Shown here one piece after another: positions 1 to 7,892 of a stretch of DNA of 37,642 nt. Made by a program: the position numbers and the translations under genes. Every line of letters starts with the position of its first letter. Within the stretch, counting starts at the first letter, position 1. The DNA lies in IMG/VR virus record IMGVR_UViG_3300022930_000009, positions 1-37,642 of that record. One strand, given 5' to 3'. The notes below the pieces were generated by a model, which was not told the DNA's origin, did no database searches, and saw only the letters and a program-made list of their open reading frames with translations. Origin of the DNA: a virus. Its lineage: Duplodnaviria > Caudoviricetes.

Positions 1-127
1 TTTGATCGAGCACACTCAAAAAATAATGGAAGAGCGGCTTCAAGAAGAGATTGACCGTGAGGAGATGAAAGAGCGCGGTGAGTTTTACGATGAACTGATG
101 GCTTTACCCGTAGAGACAGACGCACTT
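1..127. repeat. Terminal overlap, copy 1
   Basis: tttgatcgag...gacgcactt identical to 37516-37642; 127 is a common assembler k-mer; terminase ORF reads through it. Confidence 0.97.
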
Positions 128-157
128 AGTCTTTATATCAACAAGAGGAAGAGATAA
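1..157 (+). CDS. terL: 3' end of terminase large subunit (continues from 36170)
   Basis: Frame ...LIEHTQKIMEERLQ...ALSLYINKRKR, TAA at 155-157; next ATG at 159. Confidence 0.9.
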   Translation, partial: LIEHTQKIMEERLQEEIDREEMKERGEFYDELMALPVETDALSLYINKRKR

Positions 158-158
158 A

Positions 159-509
159 ATGAAGCTAGAACTGGATAAAGAAACTACAGAAAACTTAATG
201 ACTCTCATGCAGCAGGCAGCGTTTCTAGATGTTCAGACTCTAGTTTTCGGAGGATTTGTAACTAAGTTTTTTCCTAAAGACACTCCTCAATCTAAACCTG
301 AGATCAAAGAGGAGCCAAAAGCTCCTACTCCTCCTATGGAGGATCAAGTCGATACCGAGAAGCTAGAAGAAATCTTTAAGATGAAAAATCCACTCGATGA
401 GATGAGCGCAGAGGAAATTCTCTTCTACGCAACACCTTATTACGACGAGCTTCAGGCCCAAAAAAAGAAGCGCCAAGAAGATATTGCTGAGGGAAAATTA
501 GATGAGTAA
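159..509 (+). CDS. Hypothetical protein between terminase and portal
   Basis: 116 aa ORF tightly packed against both neighbours. Confidence 0.75.
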   Translation: MKLELDKETTENLMTLMQQAAFLDVQTLVFGGFVTKFFPKDTPQSKPEIKEEPKAPTPPMEDQVDTEKLEEIFKMKNPLDEMSAEEILFYATPYYDELQAQKKKRQEDIAEGKLDE

Positions 510-2454
510 CAAAACAGTTCAACACACGAACATGACAAGGACAGATGACAAGGGCAATGTGCTGAAAGCCCCTGCCGATGTGAGCTCCTCTCCAGCAAGC
601 TTAAAGTGGTGGAAACTAGATGAAGACCAGATGGCAGCTGCGATCTCTTCAACGATCCAATTCATGGCAGATCATCAAGGTGGAAGGCTGACACAGCTGA
701 CGACCAATACCAGGCTATATGGGCATTCTGAGATGTACGGAATGGTGGGCGCTTCAAGCGTTCGTGGGGCAACGAGTGGAGTTAACGCGTCGGATCGCAT
801 ATCCTATAACGTTTGCCAATCAAGTATCGATACGGTCGAATCCAAGATGGCCAAGAACAAGGTGATCCCGACTTACATCACCAACGGAGGAGATTGGTCA
901 GCGCAGAAGAAATCAAAGCAGCTCACTAAGTTTGCCCAAGGGGTTTGTTACCAAGAAAAAGTTCATTTTAAGTCGGTTCAAGCGCTGAAAGACTGTTCTG
1001 TTTGGGGTGACGGCTTTGTCTACGTCTATAACAAGGATGGCAAGGTCGCAATTGAGAGAGTCCTTCCCCATGAGCTGTATGTAGACATGATTGAAAGCAT
1101 GTGTGCCGAACCCACTCAGTTGCACCGGGTGAAGTTTGTAGACCGCGATACTGCAAGAGAGATGTTCCCAGAGCTTGAGGAGGCAATCGATAGGGTTTCT
1201 CCCGTGGATTACAAGCTCTTGGGCAGTCAGCAGACTTCAGCAGACTTAATTCAAGTCAATGAATCGTGGCATCTGCGCTCTGGAGAGAAGGCTAAAGACG
1301 GAAAGCACGTGATTAGCGTGGGAGATGGCGCCATTGTTGAGGATTACGAGGAAGATTATTTTCCCTTTCCTCACATGGTCTATTCCCAAAGACAGCTTGG
1401 TTACTACGGACAAGGCATTTGCGAGCGTTTGGAAAACATTCAGACTGAGATCAATCGCTGCATGATTTTAAAGCAGCGCTCTCTTTACATGATGAGCTCT
1501 TTTAAAGTGCTCCTCGAGAAGGGCTCAAAAGTAGTCAGCCAGCACCTAGACAACACAGTGGGCAGTATCATCCACTACGTGGGCACAGAGCCTAAGTACA
1601 TTACTCCTCCAGCAACAAACCCTGAGCTTCAGCTGTGGATTGATACCCTGATCTCTTACGCCTACCGTCAAGAAGGCATTAGCCTCATGAATTCGACAGG
1701 TGAAGTGCCAGCAGGGGTTGAAAGCGGGAAAGCCATGAGGACTTACAGCCAGATCAATGACGATAGGCATATGTACCTCGCTCAGAAGCTAGAGGACTTT
1801 GTACTCGAGATCGTTCGTCAGGCCATCAACGTCGTGAAGAAGATCTACAAGGAAAAGGGTCATTACGAAGTGATCTTCCCCAATACTAATTTCTTAGAAA
1901 CCATTGATTGGAAGGACGTCAACCTGGATGAGGAGCAGTATGTTCTCAAAGCCTATCCAACCTCATCACTTTCTGATGACTTGACTGGACGCTTGGCTGA
2001 GATTCAAGAGCTCATTCAAGGTGGTTTTGTCTCTCAGAGGACGGGTTACCGATTGCTTGGAATGCCAGATATTGAAGCTCAAGACGCATTAGCCAACGGT
2101 CCTGAAAATAGGATCTATCAGATCTTAGAAGAGATGCTGGACGACAAGAAGGTAGTCCGGTTTCAACCCGAGTTTCATAACGAAGAGATTGCAAGGCGGC
2201 TGTCTTTAGAATTCATCAATTACGCTGAGTACATGAATTGTCCTGAAGACCGGATTCAATTAGTCAGGGATTACTTATCTGAGATCAATGCAGTAGCAGC
2301 TGAACGAGAAGCGCTCATGGCACAACAAGTTCCAGGGGGGGGGAATCAATTGAACCCTGGTACTCCCTCTCCTGGTTTAGTGCCTCAGGCTAATCCTGAG
2401 CCAGCTCCTCAAAGCAATATGATCCCGAACAACGTAGGAGGTCCACTTGTCTAG
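502..2454 (+). CDS. Portal protein
   Basis: 650 aa after TerL and before scaffold; portal-like segments (YYGQGICERLENIQTEINR, ESGKA); Pro/Gln-rich tail. Confidence 0.85.
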   Translation: MSNKTVQHTNMTRTDDKGNVLKAPADVSSSPASLKWWKLDEDQMAAAISSTIQFMADHQGGRLTQLTTNTRLYGHSEMYGMVGASSVRGATSGVNASDRISYNVCQSSIDTVESKMAKNKVIPTYITNGGDWSAQKKSKQLTKFAQGVCYQEKVHFKSVQALKDCSVWGDGFVYVYNKDGKVAIERVLPHELYVDMIESMCAEPTQLHRVKFVDRDTAREMFPELEEAIDRVSPVDYKLLGSQQTSADLIQVNESWHLRSGEKAKDGKHVISVGDGAIVEDYEEDYFPFPHMVYSQRQLGYYGQGICERLENIQTEINRCMILKQRSLYMMSSFKVLLEKGSKVVSQHLDNTVGSIIHYVGTEPKYITPPATNPELQLWIDTLISYAYRQEGISLMNSTGEVPAGVESGKAMRTYSQINDDRHMYLAQKLEDFVLEIVRQAINVVKKIYKEKGHYEVIFPNTNFLETIDWKDVNLDEEQYVLKAYPTSSLSDDLTGRLAEIQELIQGGFVSQRTGYRLLGMPDIEAQDALANGPENRIYQILEEMLDDKKVVRFQPEFHNEEIARRLSLEFINYAEYMNCPEDRIQLVRDYLSEINAVAAEREALMAQQVPGGGNQLNPGTPSPGLVPQANPEPAPQSNMIPNNVGGPLV

Positions 2455-3391
2455 AGAATCAGCGATAGCCAGTGTTGCTACTTCTGCTACTCCCGCTACT
2501 CCGAGCCCAGAATCACAAGATCCATCCCTAAGCAATGGGATCACAAATTCAGAACCGACTGAGAATGTGACCCCGTCTGAAGGTCTCCAATCCTCAGCCT
2601 TTAGCCAGATGGCCAAGAAGGAAGCGGAATTCGTCCGGAGGCAAGAGGAGTTTAAGCGGGAACGGGAATCAGTCTTAGCTGAGAAAGAGAAGATTAAGAG
2701 CATTCAGTCTGAGTATGAGGAGTTTGTCTCTCTGAAGAGCAAAGACCCGATTGCTGCGATGAAGAAGCTTGGGTTCTCTGAAGCTGACATTATCAATTAC
2801 CTAGCAGGGGAAGAGCCTGAAGAGCTGTCGCCTGAAGCTAAAATGCAAAAAGCTGCAGAAGAGGCAGCTGAGAAAAGGTTCAAAGAATATGAAGACGCTC
2901 AAACCAAAAAGGCCCTGGAAGTCCAAGCGCAGGCCAATGAGCGAACGATTTCAGAGTTTAAAGGACAGATCAGCCAGTCTCTTGAGCAAAACGCTGAAAA
3001 GTATAAGTTCTGCGCTCATCATGGAGAAGAAGCCCAAGACCTCATCTTTGGAATCATCGAAGAAGCAGCGATCCAGTCGGAATTCAAAGAAGCTTTAACG
3101 ATTGAGGAGGCGTCTGAGCTCCTTGAGGGGTATTACGTTGAGAAGTTTGAGAGTATGGCGGCACTCAGAGCTCCTGCTCCAGTCCCTGACCAGGCTCCTC
3201 CTGTCACTCCTCCTGCTCAGCAAAGACCGCTCAGCGCTCCGGAAGGACCGCCTAGGTCTGCCAACCCGCCGACCAGGACATTGACTAACTCTGCCACTGC
3301 CTCTCTTGCGTCGACCAAACCCAGAGCTCCAGAGACCAGATCTGAGAAAAGAGAAAGACTTATGCAAGCACTACGAAACGGAGGCCTATAG
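2447..3391 (+). CDS. Capsid scaffolding protein
   Basis: Acidic coiled-coil 314 aa with Pro-rich linker and basic C-terminal helix, between portal and capsid. Confidence 0.75.
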   Translation: MSRESAIASVATSATPATPSPESQDPSLSNGITNSEPTENVTPSEGLQSSAFSQMAKKEAEFVRRQEEFKRERESVLAEKEKIKSIQSEYEEFVSLKSKDPIAAMKKLGFSEADIINYLAGEEPEELSPEAKMQKAAEEAAEKRFKEYEDAQTKKALEVQAQANERTISEFKGQISQSLEQNAEKYKFCAHHGEEAQDLIFGIIEEAAIQSEFKEALTIEEASELLEGYYVEKFESMAALRAPAPVPDQAPPVTPPAQQRPLSAPEGPPRSANPPTRTLTNSATASLASTKPRAPETRSEKRERLMQALRNGGL

Positions 3392-3397
3392 AGCGGA

Positions 3398-3571
3398 ATG
3401 CAAAAACTTGAGAAATGGCAGCCTCTAATCATAACAAGCTTACTGATTCTCGCAGGCCTAATGGCCCAACAGATCCATAACGCGCACCAGTCTAAGTTAC
3501 TCAGCCAGGAGTGCGATCAAGTGCTTGAAATCATCGATGAGGCGGAAGAACCCAGTGGAAAAAGAGTCTGA
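3398..3571 (+). CDS. 57 aa protein with N-terminal hydrophobic helix (not in ORF track)
   Basis: MQKLEKWQPLIITSLLILAGLMAQQ...; starts 7 nt after scaffold stop. Confidence 0.55.
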   Translation: MQKLEKWQPLIITSLLILAGLMAQQIHNAHQSKLLSQECDQVLEIIDEAEEPSGKRV

Positions 3572-3995
3572 AGAGAAGTTTAGCACGAACGAGGTCTGTC
3601 AGATCGTGGGGGTTCATCCCTCTACTCTAAATCAACTGAACTACTTAGGAATCATCAAGCCCGAGTTTCCTGGAGCTCATAAGCGCGAAGGCAACTTCTA
3701 TAGTATTTCAGACATGATTAAGATCGCGGGCATTGAAAGGTTCTCAGACCTAGGTCTGCCTAAACGGTTTATTGCCCAGGTCATGTTTGGAAAGGTTGAG
3801 GACGCTTTCTTAACATTTGAGATGACGACGCGCGAGATCAAGATTCATATGGATCTAGAGAGCTTGGAATTCATCATCAGGCAAAGAGCTGATCGGCATA
3901 TCAAAGGTGAAGACGGAAGTCCTCTTTCCATTGAACGAATCACGATGAGAAGTCATGGTTCAGGAGAGTGGGGACAAGGAAGAGAAGATTCCTAA
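3525..3995 (+). CDS. MerR-type HTH DNA-binding protein (start may be 3537 or 3555)
   Basis: FSTNEVCQIVGVHPSTLNQLNYLGIIKP...FYSISDMIKIAGIERFSDLGLP fits the MerR winged-HTH pattern. Confidence 0.75.
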   Translation: MKSSMRRKNPVEKESEEKFSTNEVCQIVGVHPSTLNQLNYLGIIKPEFPGAHKREGNFYSISDMIKIAGIERFSDLGLPKRFIAQVMFGKVEDAFLTFEMTTREIKIHMDLESLEFIIRQRADRHIKGEDGSPLSIERITMRSHGSGEWGQGREDS

Positions 3996-4290
3996 ATTCA
4001 TCCTCTATCCCATGAGGGATCATGTACCCATGGAATTTGTCGATTACCGAGACCTTAGAAAACAATTGAAAGGTTCGGGCCTAAAGGTAGGCCGCCTCTG
4101 GTGTCTTCCCAGACAAAAACGCTTACAAGGCTCAACCTGGTCGGGCAGATGGGCATGGATTGTCTTTGAGGAAGAAAGATGCATCGGCTACATGAATATG
4201 TTTATCGAAGATGAAGAAGAGGACCTGTCTTTGAAACAGACCTATTACGGTCCTGGCCCTATGAAGATCTATAAATTTCAGAATTTTTAA
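3955..4290 (+). CDS. Hypothetical protein
   Basis: 111 aa ORF overlapping the MerR gene end. Confidence 0.6.
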   Translation: MVQESGDKEEKIPKFILYPMRDHVPMEFVDYRDLRKQLKGSGLKVGRLWCLPRQKRLQGSTWSGRWAWIVFEEERCIGYMNMFIEDEEEDLSLKQTYYGPGPMKIYKFQNF

Positions 4291-4529
4291 AACGACTACC
4301 AGGCTGAAGGATAATCAAGTACCTGGCAGTCGCCATCATTAGAACGGAGTTGCTACTCCCCTTTATTCTCACCCCTAAAACTAATTTGCTCAAATGTTTA
4401 TTTTGATTTAACGTGAATATATAAAACCGTCCACTCATTGACAAAAGCCTGAATTGTTGAACCAAGGGCACCTTAAGGAATGGTTTGAGGCAAGCAATTG
4501 CTTAAATATTAAACAATTAAGGTGCATCA

Positions 4530-4793
4530 ATGGCAAATATTTCACAAAGTACCGTTCCTGGTATTTTAAAAGAGTTTTACGACGGGCAAAAAGTTCAGTG
4601 GCTTACATACAAGGACAATCCAACCCTTGCTATGATCAAGAAAGAAGAAAAATTCCCAGGGAAATATTTCCCACAACCCGTTGTATACGGTTTAACCACT
4701 GGTTCTGCTACATTTTCTAGCGCATTTAATAACCAAGCTTCCCCTCTAGTTGCTGAGTTTTTGATCACACGCGTATCTGATTACGCTTTGGCT
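4530..4793 (+). CDS. Major capsid protein, exon 1 (88 codons)
   Basis: AAGGTG then ATG; GILKEFYDG...NPTLAMIKK...GKYFPQPVVYG resembles a capsid N-terminus; joins exon 2 in frame as DYALA|TIDGQ. Confidence 0.88.
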
Positions 4794-4988
4794 AAATAGG
4801 CTGGCCAAATAAAATTCTCTCTGATTGACTTGGAAGCCCGACAGGGTGACAGGGCGGAAGCGAAAGCACCGTGAACGACTAAGTGAGAGAACCCGAAAGG
4901 GATGCGATAGTCTGAACACTGGCAATAAATAAAACCAGTGAGGAAAATCCGAAGAGGTTTTCCCCCTCGAAAGAGGAGTAACAAAATG
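4794..4988 (+). ncRNA. Group I self-splicing intron, 195 nt, no ORF
   Basis: P1 TTGGCT(4788-93)/GGCCAA(4803-08) with U.G at the splice site; P3 TTCTCTC(4815-21)/GAGAGAA(4885-91); P4 CTTG/CAGG; P5 GCCC-gaca-GGGT; P6 CGG..GC-gaaa-GC..CCG; P7 GACTA(4877-81)/TAGTC(4908-12); P8 CCC-gaaa-GGG; three 3' hairpins; terminal G; removal restores the frame. Confidence 0.92.
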
Positions 4989-6008
4989 ACCATTGACGGA
5001 CAGCTTTTAGCAAGTGCACAATCCGATCCCGGTTCTTTCATCGACGGCGCAGAATTGATGATTGACGCCGCGTTTCAAACGGCCGTCAACAGAATTGCAT
5101 CAGCAATGTTTAGAAATGGTGCTGGAACCATCGGACAGATTCTTTCTGTTTCGAATATTTCCGGTAACAACTATTTAGTCACTCTGACTAACCCAGATGA
5201 CGCTGTTCAGTTTGAGCCAGGCTCAGCTCTACAGAGCGTTCAGTTCGTTGACGGTTCAGGAACTATTCCAGCTGACGTTGGAACGATTACTTCCGTGAAT
5301 CGTAACTCAGGCACAATGGTCGTTGTTTCCACAACCAACATTGCGACCAACTGGGTTGCTGGTTACTACCTTGCAGTACAAGGTGACTTACCGACTACTG
5401 CTAACAACAACTTTCAACCCAACGGTTCTACCGGCACAAACGGCATGCTTAAACTTGCAGGTTTTGCTGCTTGGCTTCCTATTGCTGGCCCTCCAGTATC
5501 GGACAGCTTTTTCGGCGTTAATCGTAACTTAGACGTTCAACGTCTTGCTGGTGTGACCTTTGACGGTACTGCTCTTTCCATCGAAGAAGCTCTTCTTCAG
5601 GGAACTGGCCGTATTGCAATGAACGGTGGCCGTGTTGACACAGGGATCTGTTCTTACGCTACCTACACAGCTTTGATCACTTCACTTGGATCTAAAGTTC
5701 AATACATCAATGAAAAGATTGGTGACATTGGGTTCAGAGGCGTTCAGGTCAATGGTGCAAACACCGTTATGAATGTTTTCCCAGATCGTAACTGCCCAGA
5801 TGGTTTGATCTATTGTTTGGAAATGGATAGTTGGACGCTCAGAAGTCAAGGTCCTGCACCCCATATACTTACGTATTTGGACCAGATCGAAATTTTACGC
5901 ACGCCGGGGGAGGACTCGGCACAATTACGCGTCGGTTGGTACGGCAACATGTACACCAACCGTCCGGGTCACAATGGTGTGGTCGCGGTGCAGCTAATGG
6001 AATTCTAA
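4989..6008 (+). CDS. Major capsid protein, exon 2 (spliced product 427 aa)
   Basis: Capsid-like segments (AMFRNGAG, FFGVNR, VFPDRNCPDGLIYCLE); highly expressed codon bias; follows scaffold. Confidence 0.88.
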   Translation, partial: TIDGQLLASAQSDPGSFIDGAELMIDAAFQTAVNRIASAMFRNGAGTIGQILSVSNISGNNYLVTLTNPDDAVQFEPGSALQSVQFVDGSGTIPADVGTITSVNRNSGTMVVVSTTNIATNWVAGYYLAVQGDLPTTANNNFQPNGSTGTNGMLKLAGFAAWLPIAGPPVSDSFFGVNRNLDVQRLAGVTFDGTALSIEEALLQGTGRIAMNGGRVDTGICSYATYTALITSLGSKVQYINEKIGDIGFRGVQVNGANTVMNVFPDRNCPDGLIYCLEMDSWTLRSQGPAPHILTYLDQIEILRTPGEDSAQLRVGWYGNMYTNRPGHNGVVAVQLMEF

Positions 6009-6017
6009 GTATTTGAA

Positions 6018-6090
6018 ATGATTATATAATTTCCCAATACTGAATGAGTTTTAGATTTATTGTTCGGTATTGGGAATTATGATAATTCAT
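6018..6090 (+). promoter_or_regulatory. Long imperfect hairpin upstream of the HNH start
   Basis: atgattatataatttcccaatactgaat pairs with gttcggtattgggaattatgataattcat; ends 5 nt before ATG 6096. Confidence 0.7.
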
Positions 6091-6095
6091 AACGC

Positions 6096-6752
6096 ATGAA
6101 GTTATGCAAAAGATGTAATACTGAAAGAGAATTTAAAGATTTTAGGAAAGCGCCTCAGAATAAGGACGGACTACAGTCCTATTGTAAATTCTGTCAAAAT
6201 AAGCTGAAGACAGAATGGTCAATAAAAAATAGAGAAAAAGTGCGAGAATACGCAGCTAAAGTTTATAGAGAAGATCCACGCAAAGCTAAGGGCAAGGCAA
6301 TTCAAAAGTTTTTCAAAGGGTTATCTTGGCAGCAGGCAATGGAAGTATTTGAAGAGATGCTTAAGGTCCAAGAATACTCTTGTAAGATATGCAAGGTTCA
6401 TCAATCAAAGAAAGTATTGCACGTCGATCATTGTCATTCGAGAGGAGTGGTGAGAGGCCTTTTGTGTGCTGAGTGCAATATTACGTTAGGAAGAATAAAG
6501 GAATCTATTCCCACCCTTGAATCGATGATCAAGTTTATACAAGACTTGAAGAATATAGAAGTGCCTGTTTATACAAGACGATTAATTCTAAATGCGCCAA
6601 AAAAACCGAAAACTCATTGCCCACAAGGACATGAGTTAAGTGGTGACAATCTTATAATGCGTAAAAATATAAGAAGATGTCGTATTTGTAAAAATGAACA
6701 AGAACGAGCAAGAGAAAAAAGAAATAAAGAAAAGCTGTTACAGCTGAGTTAG
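6096..6752 (+). CDS. Free-standing endonuclease VII-like HNH (putative homing endonuclease)
   Basis: CKIC...LHVDHCHSRGVVRGLLCAECNITLG EndoVII motif; N-terminal CxxC pairs; C-terminal KTHCPQGH...RRCRIC module; AT-rich. Confidence 0.88.
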   Translation: MKLCKRCNTEREFKDFRKAPQNKDGLQSYCKFCQNKLKTEWSIKNREKVREYAAKVYREDPRKAKGKAIQKFFKGLSWQQAMEVFEEMLKVQEYSCKICKVHQSKKVLHVDHCHSRGVVRGLLCAECNITLGRIKESIPTLESMIKFIQDLKNIEVPVYTRRLILNAPKKPKTHCPQGHELSGDNLIMRKNIRRCRICKNEQERAREKRNKEKLLQLS

Positions 6753-6762
6753 AATATTCTGA

Positions 6763-6802
6763 GAGGGCACCTGAGGTTTAGAGATTACCCTTGGGTGTCC
6801 TC
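6763..6802 (+). promoter_or_regulatory. Stem-loop after the HNH gene
   Basis: gagggcacctgagg...ccttgggtgtcctc; no strong U tract, so role unclear. Confidence 0.5.
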
Positions 6803-6872
6803 GCCTTATAAACTCGTGGGGACGAAAGAAATAGGGCTGATAGTTTAATACCTAACCTTATGGGGGTTTTTC

Positions 6873-7532
6873 ATGGCTAATCGTAGATATACACAATTTT
6901 TCAATACTCTTTATGGAAAGCCAGTTCTTTTGAACTGCAAATTTGTTGTGACTCCAACTGATCCAACAGGCGTTACCTTGCTTAAGGGTCCTGGGATCTC
7001 AAGAGTGTTCATGCACACTTCAACCACTCCTGCTGCAGGCAATCCTAATCCTGCAAATGGTGTGATCATTGTTAAATTCAATGACAACTTTCCATTGTTC
7101 TTAAACATGTCAGCTTCAGTTTCAGCTGCTGCTGGAACACCGACCGGAACACTGACTGCAAACACGATGTACACCATCACTTCTGTGGGAACGACAACCA
7201 CTGCTCAATGGGTAGCTAAGGGTCTTCCTGTTGGAACAGTGCCAGCAGTAGGCGTTGCGTTCGTAGCAACAGCTTCTGGAGCATTGGGTGGAACTGGAAC
7301 AGCTGCTCCTGCAGTAGCAACGGGTGCAGGCGTGGATCATTTCGAAGTCGTAGGTAATCCAGAAGCGACTATTAATTCTTCTGCCGCTGTACGTTTGGGT
7401 GCTTCACAAGGAAGTGGTTCTTACATTTTGGTTCAGGCTTTCAACGCAGGGGCAATCGTAGCACCTGCTACTGGATCAACGGTGAGAATGCAGTTCTTGT
7501 TCAATAACACCTCGATCTTAAATCCAAGCTAA
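6873..7532 (+). CDS. Virion structural protein, possibly capsid decoration
   Basis: A/G/T-rich beta-type 219 aa; capsid-like codon bias; follows capsid locus. Confidence 0.6.
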   Translation: MANRRYTQFFNTLYGKPVLLNCKFVVTPTDPTGVTLLKGPGISRVFMHTSTTPAAGNPNPANGVIIVKFNDNFPLFLNMSASVSAAAGTPTGTLTANTMYTITSVGTTTTAQWVAKGLPVGTVPAVGVAFVATASGALGGTGTAAPAVATGAGVDHFEVVGNPEATINSSAAVRLGASQGSGSYILVQAFNAGAIVAPATGSTVRMQFLFNNTSILNPS

Positions 7533-7550
7533 TTGGAGCGAGGGGAAATT

Positions 7551-7811
7551 ATGTTCTTTGACGATCATAAGAAGAAAATCACATCCATCCTTTCGCGTCG
7601 AAACGAGAAGGGCGAGCAGATCATGGGTCCTGTCGAAGTAAAGCCAGAGATGAGTCACACGGAAGGTGGCGAAATCGACGGCAGGCATGTCGCTGCTCAG
7701 GATTTGATTGCAGCCTTTGATGAAAGATCGCCCCAAAAGCTCATGGAAGCGCTAGCGAATTTCATGGATATTCACTCTTCACAGCCGCAATCGGTTGCTG
7801 AAGACGAATAA
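7551..7811 (+). CDS. Hypothetical protein (start refined from 7533)
   Basis: GAGGGG SD before ATG 7551. Confidence 0.7.
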   Translation: MFFDDHKKKITSILSRRNEKGEQIMGPVEVKPEMSHTEGGEIDGRHVAAQDLIAAFDERSPQKLMEALANFMDIHSSQPQSVAEDE

Positions 7812-7822
7812 ATCTATAGGAT

Positions 7823-7875
7823 AAGGGAGACTGGGGGGATCGAACTTGCTTGCTCCTTCCCTCCAGTCTTCTTTT
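7823..7875 (+). terminator. Intrinsic terminator ending the capsid unit
   Basis: aagggagactgggggga...tccctccagtcttctttt stem with T tract. Confidence 0.65.
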
Positions 7876-7892
7876 AAACAAAGAGGGCAACC

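Noticed and set aside
1-127. Biological direct terminal repeat
   Set aside because: Length matches an assembler k-mer and it lies inside the terminase ORF
4454-4720. 88-aa ORF overlapping capsid exon 1, and the many short antisense or alternate-frame ORFs inside long genes
   Set aside because: No SD or motifs; explained as shadows of biased coding sequence
4797-4928. Stop-codon readthrough or recoding joining the capsid halves
   Set aside because: TAG (4797, 4908), TGA (4872, 4884) and TAA (4926) are all in frame; all three stops end genes elsewhere
4938-4985. GTG start of the 356-aa ORF
   Set aside because: Extension MRKIRRGFPPRKRSNK is translated intron hairpin sequence
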